NCBI RefSeq assembly: GCF_002087085.1
Contig: NZ_MWQY01000010.1
Coordinates: 124,001 to 185,921 of the forward strand
Length of the DNA: 61,921 nucleotides
Reading direction: 5' to 3'
This document shows, in pieces, positions 47,797 through 57,768 of the stretch; the stretch's first letter is position 1; each line of letters begins with the position of its first letter. The notes beneath the pieces are model-generated. The model searched no databases, had not been told where the DNA came from, and worked only from the letters and a program-made list of their open reading frames with translations. Made by a program: the position numbers and the translations under genes.

Positions 47797-47847
47797 CTGG
47801 TTAACCAGATACCTCTCCATGGTAGCACTGGTTAACCAGTTTGGCAA
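47797..47847 (-). promoter_or_regulatory. Promoter with two FadR-type operators
   Basis: CTGGTTAACCAG at 47797-47808 and 47828-47839; minus strand TTGCCA-17-TACCAT. Confidence 0.75.
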
Positions 47848-47855
47848 GCTTTATT

Positions 47856-48004
47856 TACTGTTCAGAATCGTGGGGATGGAACGCGAATAAGTCCTGTTTT
47901 GTGAACAGATTATTCGTTCTGTCGTGCTTTCTCCGGGGAATTTTCCTTTTTGGTGAAATAATCCGACGATCAGGTTATTTTCATCCCCACGGTTCGGAAC
48001 AGTA
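47856..48004 (-). mobile_element. MITE-like element, copy 1 (149 bp)
   Basis: Terminal inverted repeats TACTGTTCAGAATCGTGGGGATG / CATCCCCACGGTTCGGAACAGTA. Confidence 0.7.
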
Positions 48005-48027
48005 AGCAGGTTTATGAGGGGCCTTAT

Positions 48028-48064
48028 AAAAAAAACCCGGAAGGTCCAGAAGACCATCCGGGTT
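48028..48064 (-). terminator. Terminator after tRNA-Arg
   Basis: AACCCGGA/TCCGGGTT stem followed by a T-run on the minus strand. Confidence 0.7.
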
Positions 48065-48073
48065 ATGAACGAC

Positions 48074-48147
<74 letters not shown>

Positions 48148-48316
48148 ATGATCACTTAAGATCGGCGTTCAGAATAATCAGAGCATGCCGTTGTGTCAAG
48201 ACTTTCGGGATCAGGCACTGCAGTAATGCACCAGGGGCCTGCAGAAAAGGCATGGAAAAATGAGGCCGTGCTGCTTGACACTTTTGCAGCCCTTCGGTAT
48301 AAATATCCCCACGAGT

Positions 48317-48389
<73 letters not shown>

Positions 48390-48395
48390 CCTAAA

Positions 48396-48432
48396 CACCG
48401 TATTTGCCGGTAACGGCGGATACGGTTTTTTT
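48396..48432 (+). terminator. Terminator after tRNA-Phe
   Basis: ACCGTATTTGCCG/CGGCGGATACGGT stem followed by a T-run. Confidence 0.8.
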
Positions 48433-48456
48433 ATGTCCCAGGACTTTAGACTTGTG

Positions 48457-48604
48457 TACTGTCTCGAACCGTGGGGATAAAAGAACCTTTCAGCCGGCTT
48501 ACACCGCTATAATGGAAAAATCATCGGATACGGAACAGCCCCACGGATAATTCATGTGACAAACAACAGTTAGCCGTCACCCATCCCCACGATTCGAGAC
48601 AGTA
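48457..48604 (+). mobile_element. MITE-like element, copy 2 (148 bp)
   Basis: Terminal inverted repeats TACTGTCTCGAACCGTGGGGAT / ATCCCCACGATTCGAGACAGTA; interior aligns with the reverse complement of copy 1. Confidence 0.7.
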
Positions 48605-48623
48605 GTTTCTGGCCAGAAACCCA

Positions 48624-49277
48624 TTACAGGTGCCTGAGTTCGGCTGAGACCTTCCCATCCCCGAAATCCGCCACGGCATAGCGCCCGTCCTTCAAACTCC
48701 CAGGATTTACCAGCAGGGATTCGCCGAAGCTGGAAACGGAACACGACTCGTGGATATGACCTGTGCAGACCAGGGAAGGACGGTAGTTCCTGATAAACTC
48801 AGCCACGGATGTGCTTCCCACATGCTTTCCGGCGGCTACCCGGTCGGCCTCGCTATCTGCCGGAGGCTGATGCACCAGGAGTATCCACTCCCTTCCCTCT
48901 ATACCGTCCGGGAGGCCTTCAAGTTCGGAAGCCGCCTCCTCTTCGCTGTAGGTGGAGGGAGTCGGTATGGGTGCAGGCAGGGAACCGCCCAGGCCGATAA
49001 CCGGGACCCCAGCCACAGTTACCAGCTTTCCATGGGCGAAGATTCCCTCTTCTGCGAGCAGATCCATTACACCCGGCCGGTCGCAGTTGCCGTGAATCGC
49101 CAGAACCGGGATCTTGAAGCTGCGAAGAATCTCGACCACCGAAAGGGCGTCCTTTCTGCCCCCGAAGTGGGTAAGATCCCCGGCGAGAAGCAGCAGATCA
49201 GCCGCCCTCTCCTTTTCAGATAACTTCTGAAGTTTATCGATTGAAGCGTGGATGTCCGAGATAATCAAAAGTTTCAT
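48624..49277 (-). CDS. Metallophosphoesterase (Icc-related)
   Basis: SDIH, AGD, GNCD, H.PP, GHIHE. Confidence 0.92.
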   Translation of the reverse strand: MKLLIISDIHASIDKLQKLSEKERAADLLLLAGDLTHFGGRKDALSVVEILRSFKIPVLAIHGNCDRPGVMDLLAEEGIFAHGKLVTVAGVPVIGLGGSLPAPIPTPSTYSEEEAASELEGLPDGIEGREWILLVHQPPADSEADRVAAGKHVGSTSVAEFIRNYRPSLVCTGHIHESCSVSSFGESLLVNPGSLKDGRYAVADFGDGKVSAELRHL

Positions 49278-49293
49278 GCTCCCTTCCCCCTCA

Positions 49294-50019
49294 TTAACTC
49301 CTCTTGTCAAGTATGCTTCTGTAGAGTTCAGCCTCCACTGACATCAGCCGGGGATCCTCCAGACGACGTTCTGCCGGAGGCACCGGGTTTTCTATCTCCT
49401 TTATGATCCGCGCCGGGGGGGCAGAAAAAACAGTGATATAATCCCCCAGGATCATCGCCTCCTGGATATCATGGGTAACAAAGACGGTCGTGGGGGTCGT
49501 CTCCGCCCATAAGGACAAAAACCACTCCACAAGGTCCAGCTTTCGTGCCAGATCCAGGGCCTGTAGGGGTTCATCCATCAGCAGAATCTCCCCAGGGTAG
49601 GCGAAGGCCCTGGCAATGACAGCCCGCTGCCGCATTCCTCCCGAAAGTTCCGCGGGATAAGCATCCGCAAAGTCCCGCATACCGACCCGGGCAAGGGCTT
49701 CCTCCGCCCGTCTGCGAACCTCAAGTCGCTCGGTAAGCCCCTCATTTCCCTGAAGAACAAACTCCAGGTTGCCTCGGATGGTCCGCCAGGGGATGAGTCT
49801 CGGCTCCTGAAACAGATAGCTGATCCTTCGCGTCCCTACCCCTTCGATCCTTCCGCCCTCGGGCTGCAGAATCCCTGCCAGCATGTTCAAAAGACTTGTC
49901 TTGCCGCAGCCCGAGGGTCCGAGGATTACCGAAACCTTTCCCCCCGGAGCCCTCAGGTTCAGGCCGTCGAAGAGCAGCAGTTCCCCGAAGCGCTTCTGCA
50001 CATTAACCAGGCGGATCAC
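49294..50019 (-). CDS. NitT/TauT-family ABC ATPase
   Basis: GPSGCGKT, LSGGMRQR, LMDEP. Confidence 0.92.
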   Translation of the reverse strand: MIRLVNVQKRFGELLLFDGLNLRAPGGKVSVILGPSGCGKTSLLNMLAGILQPEGGRIEGVGTRRISYLFQEPRLIPWRTIRGNLEFVLQGNEGLTERLEVRRRAEEALARVGMRDFADAYPAELSGGMRQRAVIARAFAYPGEILLMDEPLQALDLARKLDLVEWFLSLWAETTPTTVFVTHDIQEAMILGDYITVFSAPPARIIKEIENPVPPAERRLEDPRLMSVEAELYRSILDKRS

Positions 50020-50786
50020 AGCACTCCCCCTCCGCGGCGGATCCCCGTGAAAAGCCGGCTACTGCGGCCCAGAAGGAATTCGCTCAAGGCGGACAAAAGA
50101 ACCGCGATTACCGTCCAGGCGATAACTTCAGCGGTCTCGATGTAGATCTTTGCCTCATACATGGCGCTTCCCACGGCGGCTTCCGGACGGCTCAGTATCT
50201 CCGCGGCAATAACCGCCTTCCAGATAATCCCCAGGGCGGTCCTGGCTCCGGCACTGAAGTAGGTGTAAATTCCCGGAAGCAGTATGCTCCCGAGGATTCT
50301 TCTCCGGGGGACCCGGTAAACCCGGGCCATCTCTATCAGTCTGGGGTCCGCATTACGTATTCCCGCCACAACGTTCTCATAGATGATCGGAAAAGCCATC
50401 AGTACGGAGACAAACACCGGGACGAGGCCGGAGGGAAACCAGATCAGCGCCAGCAGTATAAAGGACATGACCGGTGTGCTCTTGATGATAATGACCAGGG
50501 GTTTGACAAGATTACGGAATACCGGCGACAGACCGGCGGCTACACCGCAAATCAGTCCCAGAACGGCGGATAGAAAAAAGGCCGCCGCACCCCGCAGGGA
50601 ACTGGCCCCCAGGGCGGACACGAAGCCCGGGGATCGTACCACTTCCAGCAGAGAGACGGCCACCCGGAAGGGTCCGGGAAGAAGGACCTCAGTCCCCACG
50701 TACAGAGCCCCCAGCTTCCAAAAAGCGATTATCAGTACACCCCCCGTCATAGGGATACTGAGGGGATTCCTATTCGTAGAACTCAT
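50016..50786 (-). CDS. NitT/TauT-family ABC permease
   Basis: EMARVY, WKAVIAAE. Confidence 0.9.
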   Translation of the reverse strand: MSSTNRNPLSIPMTGGVLIIAFWKLGALYVGTEVLLPGPFRVAVSLLEVVRSPGFVSALGASSLRGAAAFFLSAVLGLICGVAAGLSPVFRNLVKPLVIIIKSTPVMSFILLALIWFPSGLVPVFVSVLMAFPIIYENVVAGIRNADPRLIEMARVYRVPRRRILGSILLPGIYTYFSAGARTALGIIWKAVIAAEILSRPEAAVGSAMYEAKIYIETAEVIAWTVIAVLLSALSEFLLGRSSRLFTGIRRGGGVL

Positions 50787-51759
50787 CCGACGGGACGCTC
50801 CCCCCAACGGAAGCGGCAGCAAAGCTGTGGAGTACCCGGTACAGCTCATCCACCCTGGGGCGCGCTTCCGCGGGACGCTGCAAATGCAGATTGAGCCGGG
50901 GTACCGCCGAGGCGATTATCCCCGCCGGCATCTCCATGAACTCCTCGGCAAGAAGGCCGGTCTCCTTAGGATGGGCAATTACCCAGTCTATGGCTGAGGA
51001 ATATTCCGAGAAGAAGGCGTCCACCGTCTCCGGACTGGATTCCATGAGCTCAGCTTTAACCAGCACCGCGGTTATCGGATAGGTCTCCCCGGTTCCTGAG
51101 GTCCGGGCCCAGATCTTCTGCAGATCGATGACCGGCTGAACCTCGGGGTTTTTTTCAGAAACAATGCTTACGAAGGGTTCCGGCAGCACCGCCAGATCGA
51201 TCTTCCCGGCCGCCAGCTGAGGGGTAATCGATACCTGATCGAAACTGAAATCGATGCTGACATCCTCATCTGGATCGACGCCGCTCCGGTCGAGGACATA
51301 ACGCAGGATAAACTCCGGAGTCGATCCCTGGGCAATGCAGTAGATCGTCCTGCCCCTGAGGTCCTCCATGGAGCTGATATCCTTCCGGGAGCTGACTACA
51401 TACAGCAGTCCGTCCCCGCTAACTGCTCCGAAGCGATAGGGGACGCCTTTGTTGTGCAGAACCGCAGCCAGATTGATCGGAACGGCGGCAATATCCACCT
51501 CACCGGACATTATCCGGGCGAGCATTATTTGAGGTTCCTGGACGATCCGATACTCAGCCTCAAATCCCTCGGCGAAGACGGGACGATTCTTGAAAAGAGG
51601 AAGCATTCCGATTGAGGTTGGGCCCTTGAGTCCGGCTACCTGAATTGATACGGGCTCCCGGGAAGCTTCCGGGGCTGCTTCCCCCACCCCTTCGGCTGTG
51701 AGATTGAAATTGAGAATGATAAGTATAAGAACACTAATGCCTGCGGATAATCTTTTCAT
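50770..51759 (-). CDS. NitT/TauT-family ABC substrate-binding protein
   Basis: Signal peptide, LKGPT.IG, GSTPE, AVLPEP. Confidence 0.88.
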   Translation of the reverse strand: MKRLSAGISVLILIILNFNLTAEGVGEAAPEASREPVSIQVAGLKGPTSIGMLPLFKNRPVFAEGFEAEYRIVQEPQIMLARIMSGEVDIAAVPINLAAVLHNKGVPYRFGAVSGDGLLYVVSSRKDISSMEDLRGRTIYCIAQGSTPEFILRYVLDRSGVDPDEDVSIDFSFDQVSITPQLAAGKIDLAVLPEPFVSIVSEKNPEVQPVIDLQKIWARTSGTGETYPITAVLVKAELMESSPETVDAFFSEYSSAIDWVIAHPKETGLLAEEFMEMPAGIIASAVPRLNLHLQRPAEARPRVDELYRVLHSFAAASVGGSVPSDEFYE

Positions 51760-51781
51760 GCTACCTCCGGTCAATCTAACC

Positions 51782-53020
51782 CTACTGAAGGGATAAGCCT
51801 TGGTCAATATCGGAGGTTCTCCTCCCGACAAGACTGTTCAGCCTCTCGGAGGCCGCAAACATGACGACCAAAAAACCGAGGAGAATAAAGGGCAGCAGGA
51901 CAAGCCCCGTATACTGCAGAATGAATCCCAACAGGGGCGGCAGGTAGGCGGATCCCACATAGGCAAACCCCATCTGGAATCCTATGACCTTGCGGGAAGC
52001 CTCCCGTCCGAAGCGTGCCGGGACCTCGTGAATCATAGCGGGGAACACCGGAGAAAGCCCCAGCCCCACCATTACCAGAGCGACTCCAATAAGGGCATCC
52101 GGCAGGGGCAGAAGCAGGATCAGGATACCCGCGAGGGCTGTAATTATTCCCATTCTGATCATCCGTACATTGCTAAGCCTGAAGGAGATTATCCCGGACA
52201 GAAAACGGCCGGCGGTGATCCCGCCGTAGTACATGGCAATCCAGGAGGCAGCCCCCTCGATACTGAAGTTACGTGTATGCACGAGATAACTGCTGCCCCA
52301 TAAACCCAGGCCGACCTCCACTCCGCAGTATAGAAGCATGGTCATAAGAGCGCAGACAACTCCCGGCAGTTCGAAGACCCCTGGGCAGCCCTTCTTTTGT
52401 GTCGTTCCCGGCTGCGGCGCCCCCTGCGGATTAATTAGAACCTGGTGCTTTTTCCAAAGCGGAAAACTTACCAGAATAACAGCTGCCATGAAGAGCTGTA
52501 GAAAGGCCAGGGTGCGGGCGCCGGGTTGCCAGGAACCAGTCTGTTCAAGAGCATATGACATTATAAGCGGCCCCAGGGTGGCGCCGATCCCCCAGAAGGA
52601 GTGGAGCCAGTTCATGTGATGAGCCCTGAAATGGAGGGCAACGTAATGGTTCAGGGAGGCATCCACTGCTCCTCCGCCTACCCCGAGAGGAACGGCAAGA
52701 AATAGAAGCCAGACAAATGAGGGAGCCGCGAAAAAACCGAAGAGCGCCAGGGATGTCATGAGGATACTGATAAAGGTAATCCTGGATGTGCCTATCTTTT
52801 CGGTGATGTAACCGCTCAAGAAACTGTAGATAATCCCGCCGCTGATGGAGACCATTGAGATAAGGCCCGCGGTGGACAGCTCGATTCCCCACTCCCGCTG
52901 AATTACCGGGATCGCCACCCCCAGAATGGAATCTGGAAGTCCGAGACTGATGAATGCCAGATAGATAACCAGCAAAAGCAGTATGGTAATGATGGTATGC
53001 TCCTCTTTTACGGTCGCCAT
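51782..53020 (-). CDS. MFS transporter (start uncertain, see findings)
   Basis: YLAFISLGLPDS, MNWLHSFWGIGATLGP; about 12 TM segments. Confidence 0.88.
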   Translation of the reverse strand: MATVKEEHTIITILLLLVIYLAFISLGLPDSILGVAIPVIQREWGIELSTAGLISMVSISGGIIYSFLSGYITEKIGTSRITFISILMTSLALFGFFAAPSFVWLLFLAVPLGVGGGAVDASLNHYVALHFRAHHMNWLHSFWGIGATLGPLIMSYALEQTGSWQPGARTLAFLQLFMAAVILVSFPLWKKHQVLINPQGAPQPGTTQKKGCPGVFELPGVVCALMTMLLYCGVEVGLGLWGSSYLVHTRNFSIEGAASWIAMYYGGITAGRFLSGIISFRLSNVRMIRMGIITALAGILILLLPLPDALIGVALVMVGLGLSPVFPAMIHEVPARFGREASRKVIGFQMGFAYVGSAYLPPLLGFILQYTGLVLLPFILLGFLVVMFAASERLNSLVGRRTSDIDQGLSLQ

Positions 53021-53386
53021 CGGACGCTTCCCGTCCTCCGGCTCCGCTCTGCATCGTTCAGGGACGGCAAAGCCGTCCCTTCGCTTTTTTACGGTCGCCG
53101 TCGGACGCTTCCCGTCCTCCGGCTCCGCTCTGCATCGTTCAGGGACGGCAAAGCCGTCCCTTCGCTTTTTTACGGTCGCCATCGGACGCTTCCCGTCCTC
53201 CGGCTCCGCTCTGCATCGTTCAGGGACGGCAAAGCCGTCCCTTCGCTTTTTTACGGTCGCCATCGGACGCTTCCTGTCCTCCGGCTCCGCTCTGCATCGT
53301 TCAGGGACGGCAAAGCCGTCCCTTCGCTTTTTTACGGTCGCCATCGGACGCTTCCCGTCCTCCGGCTCCGCTCTGCATCGTTCAGG
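53006..53386. repeat. Tandem array of an 81-bp unit, about 4.7 copies
   Basis: Units start ACGGTCGCC at 53010, 53091, 53172, 53253 and 53334; nearly identical; two hairpins per unit. Confidence 0.97.
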
Positions 53387-53387
53387 T

Positions 53388-54413
53388 TTATTTCCGTACG
53401 AGTTCGAACTCGCAGGACATTTTCGTCAAGGCGAGATACTTGAGGCCCTCCACGTAGCTGTCGTGAATATCCTCCTGGAATATGAGACCGGGGACGTGAC
53501 CGGCGGGAGCTTCATCTGCGACCTTCTGCAGGACAAGCTCCCTGATTTCCGGAGTAAAGCTGTATCCGGAGAGGACAATCGTTCCGGGATTTATAATAGC
53601 GTTGACCGACAGGACCGTTTTTGCGACATAATTGCTGAAGCGCCCCTTGTCGCCCTGTATCTTTCTCTGCAAATCGGTGGAAACTCCCAGGGGAAGATAG
53701 GATACTTCTCCGGCAAAATTGGAGTTCCCCTGCAGAATCCTGCCGTTGACCACGATTCCCGCTCCGGGATTCCCCTCTTTCGGATAATATATGTAAGCGA
53801 GGCTCTCGGAACTTTGATCTGTCTCCGCTCTGAAATAGCCGATGGCGGTACAGTTGACATCGTTCTCTATTACTGTTTCCAGACCGGTCCTCTCTTGCAG
53901 GTATTCGGCGAGTGGAAACCCGATCAAAAAATCAAAATCGCAGAGTTCGATGATGCCCGTGTTGACTACCCCTGGAACCCCGATTCCAATGACTTTAAGA
54001 CCGGCGAAGGAACTGCAGAAGCTGTCGACAAGGGACTCTAACTCGGCAAGACCGATCTCGCTAAAACAGGAACGTTCTTCACGCAGCACCAGCCCGCCCA
54101 TATTGATTACTGAGGTGTAGATGATCTTCTCCGCCCCTTCCTGCCTCAGATACATCATCAGCAGACGGGCGTAATCCTGATTGTAGACAAAACGGCGGGA
54201 AGGACGTCCGCCGGTTGAGCCGGCCAGGTCCATCTCCAGAACCTCCCCGGATTCGAGGAGCTCCTTCAGGATGTTGCCGCAGGTAGCTACACTCAGTCCC
54301 GTTGTCCCGGAGATGCTCTTTTTTGTCCCATGACCCGACTGCCTCAGGGCCGAACGGATAAGCTCTGTATTTATCTGCCGGATCTTTACAGTATTTGCCG
54401 CCACTTTCATCAA
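53388..54413 (-). CDS. ROK-family transcriptional regulator
   Basis: HTH GLSVAT, GGRP, IGVPG, ENDVN, G.GIVVNG..AGEV. Confidence 0.9.
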   Translation of the reverse strand: MMKVAANTVKIRQINTELIRSALRQSGHGTKKSISGTTGLSVATCGNILKELLESGEVLEMDLAGSTGGRPSRRFVYNQDYARLLMMYLRQEGAEKIIYTSVINMGGLVLREERSCFSEIGLAELESLVDSFCSSFAGLKVIGIGVPGVVNTGIIELCDFDFLIGFPLAEYLQERTGLETVIENDVNCTAIGYFRAETDQSSESLAYIYYPKEGNPGAGIVVNGRILQGNSNFAGEVSYLPLGVSTDLQRKIQGDKGRFSNYVAKTVLSVNAIINPGTIVLSGYSFTPEIRELVLQKVADEAPAGHVPGLIFQEDIHDSYVEGLKYLALTKMSCEFELVRK

Positions 54414-54509
54414 GTCTTATTATAAGTATTTTGTTTACTTCTGCAAGATGAAAAGCGTTTTTTTAAAAGATATGTTGGTCTCCCTGCCCGGGTCTGCTAC
54501 TATGGAAGG

Positions 54510-55568
54510 GTGGAAACAGTCTTTCTCAGAACCGCCCCGGGACTTGAAGATCTCAGCAAGCAGGAGGTCCTGGAAACACTTAAAAACGATACTCGGGAAA
54601 CCCGTATAAAAGCCCGCAGCGGCAGGGGCTGGATAGAGATAGCAGCGCCGCCCTCGATCGTTCCGGAGGAGATTTTCAATAATCTTCGTACGGTCTTCCG
54701 CAGCATGATTCTCAAGAGTTCCGCTCCCCGAGGGGAGGGGAAACCCGGGTCCGAAGCCCTGAAGCTGGTTCAAAAAGGAGGTTTCCACGATCTGCATCAC
54801 AACTCACCTTTCCGCATAACCTGTTATGCCTCCGCCGAACCCTCGGGAACCCGCCGTATGGTAGAACAGCTTATCGGTACGGAAGCTGTCAGGGCCAGCG
54901 GGGCCCCGGTGGATCTTACCCGTTATGATCTGAATTACGGTCTCGAATTCCTGGACAACAGGATTTTCTTCGGAACCGTTTTCAAGGACGAAGAGGAGGC
55001 TCCGCGGTACAGAAAAAGCTTCCAGGTCCGCTCATCGGCAAAACCTCATATTGCCGCTGCAATGCTTCGTCTCGTCGGTTTCTCATCGCGGCCGGGAACC
55101 CTCCTGGATCCCTGCTGCGGCTCCGGGACAATCCTGCTGGAGGCTGCATCGACCCGTCCTGAATCACGGCTCTACGGCGTTGACGTCGATCCCCTCTGCG
55201 CCAAAGGGGCCCAGAAAAACCTGCTTAAGCTCTTTCCAGGCCATGGGGGGAGCCGTATCTACCAGGGGGATGCAAGAAAACTGGAAGAACTTTTCCCCGC
55301 AAGCGGCCTGGACTACCTGGTCACCAATCCCCCCTTCGGAATCAGAACGGGGACCCGCATCAACTTCTACTGGTTCTACCGGGGGCTTCTCAACGGGGCA
55401 AACCGGCTTCTCAATGAAAAAGGCAGGATCGCCCTTCTCGTCGGACGACAGCGGGGTATATTCAACCGGGCGGTAAAAGAGGACGGCAACTTCAGGGCCA
55501 TCCACATCCGGGTAATTGACGCCTCCGGACTCTTCCCGGCCCTCTATGTACTGGCGAGGACAAGCTGA
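54510..55568 (+). CDS. THUMP-associated RNA methyltransferase (UPF0020 family)
   Basis: LDPCCGSGTILLEA, VTNPPFG. Confidence 0.8.
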   Translation: METVFLRTAPGLEDLSKQEVLETLKNDTRETRIKARSGRGWIEIAAPPSIVPEEIFNNLRTVFRSMILKSSAPRGEGKPGSEALKLVQKGGFHDLHHNSPFRITCYASAEPSGTRRMVEQLIGTEAVRASGAPVDLTRYDLNYGLEFLDNRIFFGTVFKDEEEAPRYRKSFQVRSSAKPHIAAAMLRLVGFSSRPGTLLDPCCGSGTILLEAASTRPESRLYGVDVDPLCAKGAQKNLLKLFPGHGGSRIYQGDARKLEELFPASGLDYLVTNPPFGIRTGTRINFYWFYRGLLNGANRLLNEKGRIALLVGRQRGIFNRAVKEDGNFRAIHIRVIDASGLFPALYVLARTS

Positions 55569-56563
55569 TGGACTTCCTTTTTGAAAGCCGCTTTAACGCC
55601 CTGATGGAAGGAATCAGCGGGCAGTTCGGCACGACTCCCCTGGGGCTGCTGATGTTTCTCCTGGCCCTTGCGTCGCTGCCGCTTTTTCTCTCCCTTCTGT
55701 ACCTGCTGCAGAAACACCGGGAAAGGCAGGCCCGTACACGGCGGAGCGGAGAAATCATCAGAAAGCGCTGCGATAGAATCGGGCTCAGTCCCGCGGAAAG
55801 AGACCTGGTGAAAAAGCTTTCCGATTATGCGGGAGGATCGGAATCGGCTTATCTGGTTCTTTTTGACGAGCCCCGGTTTAACAAAACCGCCGAGGAACTT
55901 CAGAAACACGAAACAGAGATCGGCCCTAGTTCCATAGCCGCCCTCAGGGTCAAACTGGGATTCAGCAGAGAACCCCTTCACAGGCTTCACTCCACCGCCC
56001 AGTTATCCCCGGGAGATCCTCTGCTTGTCCGGCCGCAGAAAAAGCAGGGAGTGTTCAAAGCGCTTATTACCGCAGTCAGGACCGACGGTTTCGAGATCGC
56101 CATGGACGGTAGCAACCTGCTGACCTCGGGCGACTCGGCGGTATTTCAGTATCAGAACCGTCAGGGCAGCTTCCTGTTCAAAAGCTACTGCGTCAAGCGG
56201 AGGGGCGGCAGAATGCTGATACGGCATCAGGAAAAGCTGAAGCTGCGACAGAAGAGGGCCTATTTCCGGGCTGTATACACGGGAAAACTGCAAGTCGGGT
56301 ATTTTGACAAGGACGAGCGTTTTCCGACCCGTTTTGTCGATATCGGTGGAGGCGGCGCGAGCCTCATCAATCCGGAAGAAAGTTTTGATCAGGGGGATTT
56401 CCTTGAACTGGTTTTTTCCCTGCCCGGCACCAGTGAAATGCTCAACCTCAAAGGCAGTGTAATCAGAACCTCCCGGGGCAGAAAGCTGCTTCATGTCAAA
56501 TTCGAGGGAATCCAGGAGAACCAGCGGGACCGGATACTGGGACTGGCCTTTAAACCCCGGTAA
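55568..56563 (+). CDS. Membrane-anchored YcgR-like PilZ-domain protein
   Basis: N-terminal TM segment, QKRAYFR, DIGGGGA. Confidence 0.8.
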   Translation: MDFLFESRFNALMEGISGQFGTTPLGLLMFLLALASLPLFLSLLYLLQKHRERQARTRRSGEIIRKRCDRIGLSPAERDLVKKLSDYAGGSESAYLVLFDEPRFNKTAEELQKHETEIGPSSIAALRVKLGFSREPLHRLHSTAQLSPGDPLLVRPQKKQGVFKALITAVRTDGFEIAMDGSNLLTSGDSAVFQYQNRQGSFLFKSYCVKRRGGRMLIRHQEKLKLRQKRAYFRAVYTGKLQVGYFDKDERFPTRFVDIGGGGASLINPEESFDQGDFLELVFSLPGTSEMLNLKGSVIRTSRGRKLLHVKFEGIQENQRDRILGLAFKPR

Positions 56564-56585
56564 GATTCCGGGTAATATCTGGTCC

Positions 56586-57431
56586 ATGGATTTTGAACGC
56601 CGATACAGCCCCCTTCCCCGGTCCGCGGATATTGATGAATTCAGACAGGAGGTCCGGAAGTTTTACGCCGCCGAAGGGCGCAGCTTTCCCTGGCGACGGA
56701 ACACATCTCCCTACAGCGTATTCGTATCGGAGGTCATGCTGCAGCAGACACAAGTCTGCCGAGTGGAGCCTAAATACCTCCGCTGGATGCGGGAGGTTCC
56801 GGACTTTCCTTCCCTGGCAGGGCTTTCCACCGAAGGCCTCCTGGGGCTCTGGCAGGGCCTTGGTTACAACCGCCGGGCCCTTGCGCTTCGGGAGTCTGCG
56901 TTAAAAGTCATAAAGGAACATGATGGAATACTGCCCGATGATCCGGAGCGGCTGAGGGGGTTTCCGGGAATCGGCCCGGCCACGGCGGCCTCGATCTGCG
57001 CCTTCGCCTTTAACTGTCCCGTTGTCTTTATCGAGACCAACATCCGGCGGGTATTCATCCATTTCTTCTTTCCCGAACGGGAAGCGCCGGTCAGCGACAG
57101 AGATATCCTTCCCCTGGTTGAAGCAAGCCTGCACAGGGAATCTCCCCGGGACTGGTACAATGCCCTGATGGACCTGGGAACGCTGCTCAAGAGCCGGATA
57201 CCCAATCCCAACAGAAGGAGCCGCCACTATACGCGGCAGGCCCGCTTTGAAGGCTCCAACCGGGAAGCCCGGGGGGCCATTTTGAAAGCCCTGCAGAAGG
57301 CTCCCCTTCAATCCGCCGGGGAACTCTCGGAAAACACCGGAATCGATTACCGGCGGATTATGCGTGCCGCTGAGGAATTGGAGAAAGAGGGCTTTCTGAG
57401 CGCGGAAAATGGTATGTTCAGACTGGGGTAG
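56586..57431 (+). CDS. mutY: MutY-like HhH-GPD adenine glycosylase, short and lacking the Fe-S cysteines
   Basis: FPWR, VSEVMLQQTQV, WQGLGYNRRA, PGIGPATA. Confidence 0.8.
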   Translation: MDFERRYSPLPRSADIDEFRQEVRKFYAAEGRSFPWRRNTSPYSVFVSEVMLQQTQVCRVEPKYLRWMREVPDFPSLAGLSTEGLLGLWQGLGYNRRALALRESALKVIKEHDGILPDDPERLRGFPGIGPATAASICAFAFNCPVVFIETNIRRVFIHFFFPEREAPVSDRDILPLVEASLHRESPRDWYNALMDLGTLLKSRIPNPNRRSRHYTRQARFEGSNREARGAILKALQKAPLQSAGELSENTGIDYRRIMRAAEELEKEGFLSAENGMFRLG

Positions 57432-57526
57432 GAAGGTTTTAACAAAGATGGACAGGGTGAGAAAGATGAGTACGTTATTTCAGGAGAATATATTTTTATA
57501 TTAAGTTATCATTCTAATTGTATTGG

Positions 57527-57624
57527 AACAATGTGTTTCACGCCATAGCGGATCCTAACAGGCGAAAGATTCTCGTCTTTTGAAGAAAGCTAGGCTGAAC
57601 GGCGGAGAAATTTCTCAGAAATAA
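57527..57624 (+). pseudogene. Frameshifted, truncated ArsR/SmtB-family regulator remnant
   Basis: NVFHAIADPNRRKIL, then a shifted frame giving RLLKKARLNGGEISQK*. Confidence 0.6.
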
Positions 57625-57729
57625 AATAGATGCATCGCTAAAAAGTGCTTTTTTACCCTAGTTAAACGGGAAGATTTAGTGGGTGGAAAGTACCGAAGAT
57701 GTTGCCTATAAACAACATCTCCTTCAACG

Positions 57730-57768
57730 GAGATGGGTTGTACGAGAATATTCGAACAACCCATCTCT
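57730..57768. terminator. Long hairpin downstream of dctP copy 1
   Basis: GAGATGGGTTGT/ACAACCCATCTC stem. Confidence 0.55.

Noticed and set aside
47851..48057. 68-aa ORF
   Set aside because: It overlaps the tRNA terminator and the MITE-like element and has no RBS or homology cues.
53021..53344. Real 108-aa repetitive N-terminal extension on the MFS protein (and the plus-strand repeat ORFs)
   Set aside because: The frames are open only because the unit length is a multiple of 3. MFS homology starts after the array, and the same repeat is mostly intergenic at 16.8 kb.
53006..53386. CRISPR array
   Set aside because: The units are contiguous near-identical 81-mers with no unique spacers, and there are no cas genes in the window.
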